Assembly: GCA_965262915.1 (NCBI GenBank)
Contig: OZ253564.1
Location: 3,328,001-3,392,000 of the forward strand
Source of the DNA: Candidatus Spongiisociaceae bacterium
Lineage (GTDB): Bacteria; Actinomycetota; Acidimicrobiia; Spongiisociales; Spongiisociaceae
Direction: 5' to 3'
Length of the DNA: 64,000 nucleotides
Below, one piece after another: positions 50,903-60,782 of the stretch. Below the pieces are notes generated by a model. That model was not told where the DNA came from. It saw nothing but the letters and a program-made list of their open reading frames with translations, and did not search any database. Numbering within the stretch: the stretch's first letter is position 1; each line of letters opens with the position of its first letter. The position numbers were made by a program, and so were the translations under genes.

Positions 50903-51440
50903 CCGCCGTCCTGGTGGTCCGTAGAAGGGGCGCCGATGACCCAGATCTTGGCAGGGTCGAACCGCACCGATATCTCGTCCCCTTCGTTGAACTCCTTGAC
51001 CTGTCCCGGATCGGTTGTGACTTCGATCTCGGCATCCCCGATAGTGAGCCGGAAGCGGGCGTAGCGTCCCACGTACACGTGTGAGCGGACCGTTCCCATG
51101 ACGCTGTTGTCGCCTCCGACACCCAGGTCGAGCGCCTCCGGGCGGATGCTGAGCACCGCTTCTCCATAGGCAACCGAGGAGTGCGGGGCCCGGAACCGGC
51201 CGATCGAGGTGGTCATCGCACCGTCCTCGTAGCGGCCGGGAATGAAGTTCGTGCCACCGAAGAACTTGGCTATCGGGATGCTCCCGGGCGTCTCGAAGAA
51301 AGCGTCCGGAACGTCGAACTGCTGGAGGCGGTCGTGGAACAGCAGGGCGATCCTGTCGGCGAGGACCACCGCCTCTTCCTGGTCATGGGTCACGAAGACA
51401 GTGATGATTCCCATTTCGGTCTGGATACGGCGGATCATGC
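50899..51440 (-). pseudogene. C-terminal half of an ABC transporter ATPase (PotA/MalK type, TOBE domain)
   Basis: TVFVTHDQEEA..ADRIAL..LQQ..P..FFGGTN..IRPE; Walker A and signature motif absent. Confidence 0.85.
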
Positions 51441-51655
51441 GTCTCCACTTCTGCCCCGTAGCAACCCAGACCGGCGAACCCCACATCGTCCAGAACCACC
51501 AGCACGACATCGGGCTTGCCGCGGGCGTCACTCGCCATGGGAGGCCACCAAGGGACCGACTCCCGGAAATCGGGGCCGATCACACCCTGGAAGCCGGGCT
51601 CGGGATCGCTCGGCGCCGCCTGCCCCCCGCCCTCGGGGGCTTCTCTCGAGACATT
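51441..51655 (-). pseudogene. N-terminal fragment of an arylsulfatase
   Basis: FQGVIG..ESVPWWP..KPDVVLVVLDDVGFAGLGCYGAEVET, then stops. Confidence 0.8.
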
Positions 51656-51870
51656 GCTGGAACCCACGACGTGCCTGGCCTTTCTCGGTAACGGGGCTCC
51701 GGTCCCGCTAAGAACCCGACACGGTCGAAGCCCCGCCTGGTGGTCTGTCTGGAAAACAACTTGCCGTGCTCTGCTTGCCAGCGACGGCCCCTCGCTGCCG
51801 GCGCGTACCACGCCGCCATTTCACGGCAAAGACCACTACTTTGCTGACGGCGGTAACCATACTCGCGGCC

Positions 51871-53049
51871 ATGACAGTCATCGGCATTGCGGTCGGCCCC
51901 CATCCCCGCCTCCCCACTACCGACCCCTTCACCATCGAGTCGTTGACGGTCGACGTCTACAGAGCCCCCGTCGCCCGACCGGTACGCACCGCGTTCGGGA
52001 CGATGACGGACCGGCCCGCCGTCGTCGTCACGGTGCTGGGCGGGGACGGAACCCGCGGCTACGGGGAGGTGTGGTGCAACTTCCCGGCGCCCGCCGCCGG
52101 ATACCGCGCTCGCCTGATCACGTCCGTCCTGGCGCCCGAGACCGTAGGACGGTCGTGGCCCGATCCAAGAACGGTGTTCGACCATCTGACGGCGCGAACC
52201 GGCACCCTGGCGCTCCAGGCCGGGGAACCGGGACCGTTCTCCCAGTCCATCGCCGGGATCGATATCGCGCTCTGGGACATGGTGGCCCGCCGGGCCGGGC
52301 AACCGCTCTGGCGCATGCTGGGAGGGCAGGGCGACGGACGCGTACCGGCTTACGCCAGCGGGATCGGGCCGGACCGCGCGCCGGCCCAGGCCCTCGAAGC
52401 GGAGGCGGCGGGTCACCGGGCCTTCAAACTCAAGGTCGGTTCCGACGAGGAGCGCGACCTGGCCAGCCTCGAGGCGTTACGCTGGGATCTCGACCCCGAC
52501 GCGATGATCGCCGTCGACGCGAACCAGGCATGGTCCCCCGAGGAGGCGGGTCGGAGAAGCCGAGCACTCGCTCCATACGGCCCGGCGTGGCTGGAGGAGC
52601 CGATCCGGGCCGACCGTGACGCCGGCGGCTGGGAGCGGCTCTCGGACATCTCCCCCATCCCTCTGGCGGCCGGCGAGAACATGTACGGGGAGGCAGCCTT
52701 CGACCGGGCGATCAGGCAGCGAGCGCTGGAGGTGATCCAGCCCGACGCCGCCAAGTGGGGCGGTATCTCAGGCTGCCTGCCCGTAGCCAGGCGGATCGTC
52801 GACTCCGGCAAGCGCTACTGCCCCCACTACCTGGGCGGAGGCATCGGACTGCTGGCGTCCGCCCACCTGCTGGCCGCCGCCGGGGGCGACGGGTTGCTCG
52901 AGGTCGACTGCAACCCCAACCCGCTGCGCGAGGGGTTGTCCCAGCCCTTCCCCCGCCTCGTCGACGGACACTTCATTCTGAGCGATGCTCCTGGACTGGG
53001 GGCAGCACCCGACGATGCGGTATCCCTGCTGAAGGTCGACTCGGCATAG
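51871..53049 (+). CDS. Mandelate racemase/muconate-lactonizing enzyme family protein
   Basis: GYGEVWCNFP, IDIALWD, FKLKVG, VDANQ, WLEEP, GEN, QPD..KWGG. Confidence 0.92.
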   Translation: MTVIGIAVGPHPRLPTTDPFTIESLTVDVYRAPVARPVRTAFGTMTDRPAVVVTVLGGDGTRGYGEVWCNFPAPAAGYRARLITSVLAPETVGRSWPDPRTVFDHLTARTGTLALQAGEPGPFSQSIAGIDIALWDMVARRAGQPLWRMLGGQGDGRVPAYASGIGPDRAPAQALEAEAAGHRAFKLKVGSDEERDLASLEALRWDLDPDAMIAVDANQAWSPEEAGRRSRALAPYGPAWLEEPIRADRDAGGWERLSDISPIPLAAGENMYGEAAFDRAIRQRALEVIQPDAAKWGGISGCLPVARRIVDSGKRYCPHYLGGGIGLLASAHLLAAAGGDGLLEVDCNPNPLREGLSQPFPRLVDGHFILSDAPGLGAAPDDAVSLLKVDSA

Positions 53050-53052
53050 TAG

Positions 53053-53150
53053 GAGGGTGCTGCAAAACGGTGGGTAGCAACGGCCCGTCTTCCTCTGAAC
53101 AGGCATTATGTCATCGGGCGACGGGCCGTGAAGGGTTTTGCCCCACCCTC
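53053..53150. mobile_element. 98-bp MITE-family element
   Basis: IR GAGGGTGCTGCAAAAC / GTTTTGCCCCACCCTC; internal ACGGCCCGTC/GACGGGCCGT stem; inverted sibling of 5759-6004. Confidence 0.85.
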
Positions 53151-53227
53151 CTAGGAACCATCTCCCCCACCTCGACGGATCGAGGGTCCGGCGCGCACCC
53201 ATGGCGGCGGCCGGATGAGGAAACGCG

Positions 53228-54454
53228 TCACCTTGTGGCGCTATCACCCCCGCCGGCAGGACGGAGTTGGGTCCAGATCGAAGCGTAGGTCTCCTCACGC
53301 CCCTTGTTCAGCGCGAAAAGCGGGCCACTGGGGAGATCGTGCTCGGACGACAGCCGGAGGGCGGCTTCGGCGAATTCTCTGCCTCCGGCACCGCCGGACT
53401 CGGCGCGAGCCCGGCGTACCAGGGCTTCGTACTGCTCGATCCGTCGGGCAGCGGCGGTCCGGTAGTCGTCGGTGACCGCGTCGTACCAGGGCCAGAACTC
53501 CTCGGGCAGATCGGCTCGCACGCTGCCGATAGGGTCCGGGCCCCGTTTCGCCAACGCCTCAACCGTTTCCGGGTTCATCCTGAGCCGGGCCGCCGCCGTC
53601 CTCACATCGAGTCCCCGGCTCAAGGCATCGGCGACGGCAGCCACCTCCCACACCCGGAGCGAGGTCAACCCGGTCACGATCCGGTGGGCAGCGATGTACT
53701 CGGGGAACTTGAACTTGAAGCGGAGGTGGGAACGGTCGGGGCCCATGTCGAAACGCACCACGTAGCCTTCTCTCCCCGACTCCCCGCCTCCGGCGACGTG
53801 GTCCGCCAACTCGGCGAAGGAGCCGAACTCGTGCATGTCCGCGACCGGACCGGGCCAGTCGAGACACCCCAGCGGCAGGTCGGCGCCGGTTCGGATGTCG
53901 ATGACCGCCAGCAGAACCAGATCGCGCGTGTCGCCGTAGTCGACCACCACCCGGTTGCCCGGGTAGATGATCTCGAACAGCGGCGTCACCCCGTGGCCGA
54001 AGCGGACGCTGCTGTATTTCTCGTGCCAGACCCTGGTGGCTTCCACCGCCTGTTCCGACGACAACGAGCCGCGGGTGGCCAGCCGAACCCCGCCGTCCGG
54101 ATGGTGGTACGCGATTCCCAGCGAGCCGTCGAGCTTCTCGGTGACCACCATGGGCGCCCGCTCCGGTACCGGCGGGGCGTCGGGCTCCCCGGCACCGAAG
54201 AACTTCGGGAACGGTCGGGCCACAACGCGGTCCTCGTCGTCCACGACCAACCCCCGGCACAGCAGCGTCGCCCGGTTCCACCCGCGCGAGTAGGTTGCCC
54301 GGGGTGTGTAGTTGAGGATGCGAAGATCGCCGTCGCTCCGAACCGACACCAAGCCCCCTGCTATCGCATCCGAGAGGAGCGAATCATCGATCAGACGGCC
54401 AAGGCCCGGCCGCCCTAGCGCCAGGGCGGGCTCTCTCCGTGTCACATCGACCAT
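53228..54454 (-). CDS. T4 Rnl1 (RnlA)-family RNA ligase
   Basis: ILNY..CRGLV..ARPFPKFF, motif I EKLDGS, ATRG, FEIIY, EGYVV, KFKFPEY; start approximate. Confidence 0.85.
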   Translation of the reverse strand: MVDVTRREPALALGRPGLGRLIDDSLLSDAIAGGLVSVRSDGDLRILNYTPRATYSRGWNRATLLCRGLVVDDEDRVVARPFPKFFGAGEPDAPPVPERAPMVVTEKLDGSLGIAYHHPDGGVRLATRGSLSSEQAVEATRVWHEKYSSVRFGHGVTPLFEIIYPGNRVVVDYGDTRDLVLLAVIDIRTGADLPLGCLDWPGPVADMHEFGSFAELADHVAGGGESGREGYVVRFDMGPDRSHLRFKFKFPEYIAAHRIVTGLTSLRVWEVAAVADALSRGLDVRTAAARLRMNPETVEALAKRGPDPIGSVRADLPEEFWPWYDAVTDDYRTAAARRIEQYEALVRRARAESGGAGGREFAEAALRLSSEHDLPSGPLFALNKGREETYASIWTQLRPAGGGDSATR

Positions 54455-54688
54455 CGCGCTGCACGACCTCCCGTTGCCCGATCGTCCGGGAGGCCCGGCA
54501 TCGGCCATGTTGACCACCTGCGATCCGACGGTACTCTCTGACGGGAACTATGGCCCGGCCCAGCCGGACCCATCCTCCCCGACTATCCCTGACAGCGGAT
54601 ACCCGTCCGGACCAATCGAGCCAGCGGAGACACAGACATCGACAAACCCCCCGACTCAGACCTCGCAGGGTCCCGCCGCGTCGGGCGG

Positions 54689-55894
54689 GTGGGCCTGACG
54701 ATCGTGCTTGCATCCGGGATGGCCCTGTCGATGGCTCCCGGTCCGATAATCGGGATCCTCTCCCGTTTCTTCATCGACGACCTCGGCCTGACCAGAACCG
54801 AGTTGGGAGTTGTCGCCACCGGTCACGCTTTCGTGATCATGGCTTCCAGCGTGCCCTTGGGCTATCTGGCCGACCGGGTCGGCGGTCGCCGCATGCTGGT
54901 ACTGATGCTCGGTTTCGTGTTTCTCGGCCTCGGAACCATGTCCTTGTCGTGGGGCTTGTGGTCGCTGCTGGTGTTCGCCGGCATCGCGGGTGTGCCGGCC
55001 GGCGGTGGCAACTCGGCTACCAACAACATCATCGTGGAGAACGCCAGGGCCGGATCGCGGGGATGGATCACAGGGATCAAGCAATCGGGTGTTCCGATCG
55101 GGATCTTCGCGGCGGGGGTGGGGCTGCCGGTCGCCGCCGAACGTCTCGGGTGGCGTCAGGCTCTGGCGATGGCCGGCCTGGTCGCTCTGGCGGGAATCGC
55201 CGTGACTTTGGCGGTGGTTCCGGCCGGATCGCAGAGCGACCCCGTGAGGGAGATGAGAGAACCCCAGAGCCGGATGCCTCGGGCGGTATGGTGGCTGTCC
55301 GCCTACGGGGTAACCATGGGCGTCGGGGTGTCGGTCTACTACGCCTTCCTGCCGCTCTACGCGCAGGAGGAAATCGGCACGACCGTGGGGGTGGCGGGTA
55401 CGGTGGTCGCAGTGTCGGGGGCCGCCGGGGCGGTGGCGAGGATGGTGTGGGGACGGATCGCGGAGCGGGCCGGGGACCCCGCGATCCCGCTCATGTGTAT
55501 GGGCGTCCTCGGCATGGGGGCGATTGCCCTGACCTGGGCGGCCTCCCCCACCGCGCCCCTCCTGGTGTGGGCCGGAGCGGTGCTGATGGGTGTGGGGGCC
55601 GGATCGTGGACGTCCGTGGGCATGCTGGCCGCCATCACCCTGGTGGGGCCCGCACGAACAGGGCGGGGCACGGCGTTCATCATGTTCGGATTCGGCTTGG
55701 GACTCACTGTGGGACCGGTCCTGTTCGGATGGGGGGTTGACTCGTCCGGCAGCTACGACCTCTCTCTCGGCGGTACGATTCTCAACTTCGTCGCCTCGGT
55801 GGTGCTCATGGTCGTGTGGAGAGCGGTCAGGAGTCGCCCGGACCCCTCCCGGACCGGAAGGACGACGATCCGCGGGGCGGACCTGCCACAATGA
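54689..55894 (+). CDS. MFS transporter
   Basis: GYLADRVGGRR motif A, ~12 hydrophobic segments, GIKQSGVP. Confidence 0.9.
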   Translation: MGLTIVLASGMALSMAPGPIIGILSRFFIDDLGLTRTELGVVATGHAFVIMASSVPLGYLADRVGGRRMLVLMLGFVFLGLGTMSLSWGLWSLLVFAGIAGVPAGGGNSATNNIIVENARAGSRGWITGIKQSGVPIGIFAAGVGLPVAAERLGWRQALAMAGLVALAGIAVTLAVVPAGSQSDPVREMREPQSRMPRAVWWLSAYGVTMGVGVSVYYAFLPLYAQEEIGTTVGVAGTVVAVSGAAGAVARMVWGRIAERAGDPAIPLMCMGVLGMGAIALTWAASPTAPLLVWAGAVLMGVGAGSWTSVGMLAAITLVGPARTGRGTAFIMFGFGLGLTVGPVLFGWGVDSSGSYDLSLGGTILNFVASVVLMVVWRAVRSRPDPSRTGRTTIRGADLPQ

Positions 55895-55928
55895 GCCCCC
55901 TGTAGCACGCTCCCGGTGGCCTGATCAG

Positions 55929-56186
55929 ATGGAGAGATCCGAGGAGACAACCCAACGAGTTCCCCTGACCGTCCCGCACATGGGCGTGGTCGAGGAGGTG
56001 ATCGTCGTCGAGTGGCTGGTCGATTCCGGTGGGCGGGTCTCCGCCGGCCAGGAGGTGGTGGTCGTCGAGACCGAGAAGGCGGAGGTCACCTTGGAGTCCC
56101 CCGCCGGGGGAACCATCGAGATCACCGTCGCCGCATCGGACTTTGAGATTCCCGTAGGCAGCACCCTGGCCTTCATCACTCCGTGA
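55929..56186 (+). CDS. Stand-alone lipoyl/biotinyl carrier domain
   Basis: VPHMG..EWLV..G..V..G..VETEKA..ESPAGG; about 85 aa. Confidence 0.88.
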   Translation: MERSEETTQRVPLTVPHMGVVEEVIVVEWLVDSGGRVSAGQEVVVVETEKAEVTLESPAGGTIEITVAASDFEIPVGSTLAFITP

Positions 56187-56935
56187 CCCCTCCCCCATTC
56201 CACCTCGACGGGAAGGTGGCCCTGGTAACCGGAGCGGCGAGCGGCCTCGGCAAGGCTATAGCCTTCGCGCTTGGTGCGGCCGGGGCAGAGGTGGTGTGCA
56301 CCGACATATCGGTTGAGTCCAACAGGCGGGTGGCCAACCGCATCGGGGGAACCGCCGTGGCCCTCGACGTGACCGACGCTGTCGCTGTCGATACCGCCGT
56401 AGCCGGCGCGGTGAACCGGGCCGGCCGCATCGACATCCTGGTCAACAGCGCGGGTATCGGGGGCCGGGGTCCAGCGGCCGAGTACCCCGACGGGCTGTTG
56501 GAGCGGGTCATCGATGTAAACCTGAAGGGCACGTTCTTCATGTGCAGATCGGTCGGCACGCGGATGATCGAGGCCGGCGGAGGTTCGATCGTCAACATTG
56601 CTTCGATCGGCGGGTTGGTGGCCTTTCCGGGAAGCGCGGGCTACCAGGCAAGCAAGGGTGGGGTCGTACAGTTGACCCGGACTCTGGCGGTTGAGTGGGC
56701 CGCCGCGGGTGTGAGGGTCAACGCGGTGGCCCCCGGGCACATAGCGACCGATCTGGTGCGGCGCCAGTGGGAGACGGAGCCCGAACTCAGGGAGTACTTC
56801 CTGTCCCGTACCCCGATGAACCGGCTGGGGACACCGGAAGACGTGGCGGGACCGGTGGTGTTTCTGGCCGGGGACGCCGCAGCCATGGTCACCGGGCAGA
56901 TCATCGCCATCGACGGCGGATACACCGCCCAATGA
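56183..56935 (+). CDS. SDR family oxidoreductase
   Basis: TGAASGLG, NSAG, YQASK, VRVNAVAPG, DGG. Confidence 0.94.
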   Translation: MTPPPFHLDGKVALVTGAASGLGKAIAFALGAAGAEVVCTDISVESNRRVANRIGGTAVALDVTDAVAVDTAVAGAVNRAGRIDILVNSAGIGGRGPAAEYPDGLLERVIDVNLKGTFFMCRSVGTRMIEAGGGSIVNIASIGGLVAFPGSAGYQASKGGVVQLTRTLAVEWAAAGVRVNAVAPGHIATDLVRRQWETEPELREYFLSRTPMNRLGTPEDVAGPVVFLAGDAAAMVTGQIIAIDGGYTAQ

Positions 56936-57912
56936 GCCTCCCGGAGAACATGACCCCCGCCATGGCCCTGGGGATCCTCCGAACGATGGTGCGCATCCGG
57001 GTGTTCGAGACGCGGATCGAGGAACTGTTCAAGATCGGGAAACTTCCCGGCTTCGTCCACACCTATCTCGGCCAGGAGGCGATCGCAGCCGGCGTCTGCG
57101 CGGTCCTGCGTCGCGACGACTACATCACCTCCACCCACCGGGGCCACGGGCACGCCATCGCCAAGGGTATCGACCTCGGCCCGATCATGGCGGAGCTCTA
57201 CGGAAAGGAAACCGGGACGTGCCGGGGCCGGGGAGGTTCGATGCACGTGGCCGACTTCTCGATCGGGATGCTGGGCGCCAACGGCATCGTCGGCGGTGGC
57301 CTCGGTATCGCGGCGGGGGCGGCCCTCTCGGCCCGCTACAGGGGGACCGACCAGGTGGCGGTGGCGTTCTTCGGGGACGGCGGCATCAACAAGGGCACGT
57401 TCCACGAGGCTCTCAACTTCGCGGCGGTGCATCGCCTCGCGGTGGTCTACGTGTGCGAGAACAACCAGTACGCACAGTTCACCTCCCGCCTGCTTACCAC
57501 TTCGGTGCAGGACCTGTCGGTGCGGGCGGCCGCCTACGGCATCCCCGGGCACACTCTGGACGGCAACGACGCCGCTGCCATCTACCAGGCCACCGCGGAG
57601 GCGGTCGAGCGGGCGCGGCAAGGAAGCGGGCCGACCCTCCTCAACCTGGAGACCTACCGCTTGGGCGGTCACTACGTGGGGGATGCCGAGGTCTACCGGG
57701 ATGCTTCGGAGGTGGAGCAGCGCCGCCGCTCCGCTCCCATCGCCCGCTGGGAGCGGAAACTGGCTGAGGAAAGGTTGATGACCGAGGAAATGCGCACCGA
57801 GGTATGGGACCGGGCGGGGGAAGCGGTGTCCGCCGCGGTCCGCTTCGCCGAGGAGAGCCCTCTGCCCGGAGGGGAGACGGCTCTCGACGCGGTGTTCACC
57901 GGACACCTCTGA
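56932..57912 (+). CDS. TPP-dependent dehydrogenase E1 alpha subunit (acetoin/2-oxoacid type)
   Basis: GQEA, THRGHGH, GRGGSMH, FFGDG..ENNQY, TYR..GH..GD. Confidence 0.93.
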   Translation: MSLPENMTPAMALGILRTMVRIRVFETRIEELFKIGKLPGFVHTYLGQEAIAAGVCAVLRRDDYITSTHRGHGHAIAKGIDLGPIMAELYGKETGTCRGRGGSMHVADFSIGMLGANGIVGGGLGIAAGAALSARYRGTDQVAVAFFGDGGINKGTFHEALNFAAVHRLAVVYVCENNQYAQFTSRLLTTSVQDLSVRAAAYGIPGHTLDGNDAAAIYQATAEAVERARQGSGPTLLNLETYRLGGHYVGDAEVYRDASEVEQRRRSAPIARWERKLAEERLMTEEMRTEVWDRAGEAVSAAVRFAEESPLPGGETALDAVFTGHL

Positions 57913-58907
57913 TGGCCGGGCAGATGGCGGCCATGCGGAGGATGACCTTCGGACAGGCCACCGTCGACGCCATGCGGTTCGCGATGCGTGAGGACGAACG
58001 GGTCATAGTCCTCGGCGAGGACATCAGCTGGGGAGGCAACTTCGGGCAGTTCAGAGGCCTGGTCGACGAGTTCGGACCGGACCGGGTGATCGATATGCCC
58101 ATCTCGGAGGCGATCATCATGGCGGTCAGCCTGGGCGCCGCGGTGACCGGGCTCCGTCCCGTGGCATCGATGAGCTTCGTCGAGTTCACCCTCGGCGCCA
58201 TGGACGAGATCGTCAACCAGACTTCGAAGTTCCGTTACATGTTCGGAGGCCAGGTCTCCGTTCCCCTGGTGTTGCGGGCGTCGGACGGGATCCTCCGATC
58301 CTCGGCCGGACAGCACTCCTCCAGCCTGGAAGGCCTGTTCACCCACCTGCCCGGCCTCAAAGTCGTCGCACCTTCCAACCCGGCCGATGCCAAGGGCCTG
58401 CTTCGGGCCGCCATCGCCGACGACGACCCGGTCATCTACCTGGAGAACAAGCGGATCACCGCCAAGCGGGGACCGACCCCCGTGGGAGACCATGTGGTGC
58501 CGCTCGGCTCGGCCGCACTCCGCCGTCGAGGGTCCGACCTCACGATCGTCACCTACTCGGTGATGGCCCTCCATGCCGGGGCAGCCTGCGCCCGACTGGC
58601 CGAGGAGGGTATCGAGGCCGAACTGATCGACCTGCGGTCGCTGGTCCCGCTGGATCTCGAACCGGTGCTGGAGTCGGTGCGCAAGACCGGCCGGGTGGTG
58701 GTGGCGCATGAGGCCTGGGAGTTCGGAGGCTTCGGCGCCGAGCTGGCGGCCTCCATCACCGCAGAGGCCTTCGATGATCTGGTTGCGGCGCCGGTGCGGG
58801 TGGGAGCGGCTTCGGCACCCATTCCCTTCAGTCCCCCGCTCGAACGGGCGGTGGTACCCGGGCCGGAGGAAATCGTCGACGCGGCCCGGAAGCTGATGAC
58901 GGCCTGA
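57912..58907 (+). CDS. TPP-dependent dehydrogenase E1 beta subunit
   Basis: GEDI, DMPISE, GLRPV, QHS, PGLKVV, IDLRSL.PLD, KTGR. Confidence 0.93.
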   Translation: MAGQMAAMRRMTFGQATVDAMRFAMREDERVIVLGEDISWGGNFGQFRGLVDEFGPDRVIDMPISEAIIMAVSLGAAVTGLRPVASMSFVEFTLGAMDEIVNQTSKFRYMFGGQVSVPLVLRASDGILRSSAGQHSSSLEGLFTHLPGLKVVAPSNPADAKGLLRAAIADDDPVIYLENKRITAKRGPTPVGDHVVPLGSAALRRRGSDLTIVTYSVMALHAGAACARLAEEGIEAELIDLRSLVPLDLEPVLESVRKTGRVVVAHEAWEFGGFGAELAASITAEAFDDLVAAPVRVGAASAPIPFSPPLERAVVPGPEEIVDAARKLMTA

Positions 58908-59726
58908 TCACTCCTCAGGCGGGTCGCTCTCCAACCACTCGACGGAACGAGGCCCGTGCATGCGGTGGAAAGCGATGGCCAGGTCCGACGAGCCCGAGCC
59001 CGGTCCGCTGTGAGGCCGACCGGGGAGCCGGAAGGTGTAGGTACCGGGCCTGCACCGGTACGCCTCCTCCCCGTGTGTCCCGTCCTCGTGGGCCTCTCCG
59101 GGAAGGTCGAGACGCTCGGTGACCGTGAACTCTCCTTCGAGCACTAAGGACTCCTCCGCCGATTCGTGCACATGCCACGGCCCGTCCTCGTTGGACCAGT
59201 CCCGGGCGCCCGACAGCCAGATGTCTCCGCTCGGGCCGGTGGCCAAAGGACGGACGAAGCGGCCCGGGAGTTCGGGCACCGCAGCCCAGGGCGCACCGGT
59301 GGCGAGGCCCACCAGAGGCTGGGAGAGCATCCCCCCGGCGGATGTGTCGTAACGGATCGGGGCCGATGTCATCACCAACGCAAGGGTCGGGACCCGGGCC
59401 CGCACTCCGCTTATCACCTGCCCGGCCCGCACAGCCACGTAGTCGTACTGCCCGATCCGCTCCCCCGCCACCGCCAACTCCCCCCTGATCACGAACAGTT
59501 CCAGATCGGCGGTGAAGGCGCCGACGACACCGGATCCCCATCCGGCGTGCATCCGGGCCAGCCTGGTGGCCGGTCCCGAAAGGTCCTTCGACAGGATGCG
59601 CGCTTCGATCCGGCCCTCGCAGCCGGCAATGGTCATGGTCCGGCTCGGTAGGTCGCCCTCTGCTATTGCCCGCAGAGATTGGCGACGGCGGTCGATAAGG
59701 GCCGGATCGGTGATCGGGCGGCTCAC
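58908..59726 (-). CDS. Tandem cupin-like (DUF4437/ChrR-like) protein
   Basis: ELFVIRGEL and WHVHE..EE..VLEG..G.YTFR.PG.PH segments. Confidence 0.6.
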   Translation of the reverse strand: MSRPITDPALIDRRRQSLRAIAEGDLPSRTMTIAGCEGRIEARILSKDLSGPATRLARMHAGWGSGVVGAFTADLELFVIRGELAVAGERIGQYDYVAVRAGQVISGVRARVPTLALVMTSAPIRYDTSAGGMLSQPLVGLATGAPWAAVPELPGRFVRPLATGPSGDIWLSGARDWSNEDGPWHVHESAEESLVLEGEFTVTERLDLPGEAHEDGTHGEEAYRCRPGTYTFRLPGRPHSGPGSGSSDLAIAFHRMHGPRSVEWLESDPPEE

Positions 59727-60147
59727 CGGGCTCGACCCCCGCTACCCGCTCCCTGACCAGCGCCCATATGGTGCGTTCCTTCCCGTCGTGTTCCAGGACC
59801 CTGCCCGAAGTGTCCGGTCCGCAAAGGTAGCCGCCGATTCGCCTGTCCCGGTGGCCGGTCTACCACAACCGCCCTGGGCTGGTATCGGGCCACCACCACG
59901 ATTCCCGTCACGGCCTCCGAGCGGCCCGAGTGCCTCCCGTAATGGATGTCCAACCTCAGCGTCCGGACCCTCTGCCAGACCCGCCGGGGAAGATCCAGGC
60001 CCGCTCGCCGGTGAGAATGAGCGGCCGCAGGTCGAGAAGGCGGGGATTCCATGTCCGCAAGAGCCGCGCCCCGATGACTCAGAACGGGAACGGGTCCACG
60101 TGCGGCCTTTGATATCACGGGGTATCCTAAGACTCAAGGGGTAACCG

Positions 60148-60369
60148 TTGACCGACATCCTGATTCGCGACGTTCCCGACGATGTACTCGCAGCCATAGA
60201 AGCCAACGCGATGCGAGCCGGCCTCTCCCGGGCCGAGTACCTGCGGCGGACGCTCGAACGAGAACGCACGGGCACAGCCGGCGACATCACCGTGGAGTCT
60301 CTCCGCCGCTTCGGTGAAACATTCGCCGACCTCGCTGAACCTAGCGTGATGCGGTCGGCGTGGTCGTGA
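60148..60369 (+). CDS. vapB: VapB/FitA-like RHH antitoxin
   Basis: [43 protein letters not shown]. Confidence 0.88.
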   Translation: MTDILIRDVPDDVLAAIEANAMRAGLSRAEYLRRTLERERTGTAGDITVESLRRFGETFADLAEPSVMRSAWS

Positions 60370-60782
60370 CCGCCTGGCTGATTGACAAATCGGCACTCGT
60401 CCGGCTCGGTTCGAGTCCCGAGGCGGCGGAGTGGGTGTTGAGAATACGGCGCGGGCTCGTCCGGATCTCGACGCTGACCCGGCTGGAGATCGGGTTTTCG
60501 GCCCGCTCAGCCCAAGACCTCCGACGGAGCTTCGCCGAGCCGCCCCTCAGCGCTATGCCGGTCGAGTATCTCACCCCCGCCGTCGAGGACCGCGCGGTTG
60601 CGGTGCAGCATGTTCTAGCGAGAGCAGGCCATCATCGGGCCCCTTCGATCCCGGACCTGCTGATCTCTGCGACCGCCGAACTCTCCTAGCTCACCGTCCT
60701 GCACGTCGACAAGGACTTCGAGCTCATCGCGGATATCACCGGCCAACCCGTCGAGCGCCTGAGGCTCCCGGGAGGGTGCTGA
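60366..60782 (+). pseudogene. vapC: VapC PIN toxin with in-frame TAG at 60687
   Basis: [54 protein letters not shown]. Confidence 0.88.

Noticed and set aside
59727-60140. Short ORFs upstream of the cupin gene
   Set aside because: No frame gives a recognisable protein; possibly a decayed gene, but unsupported.
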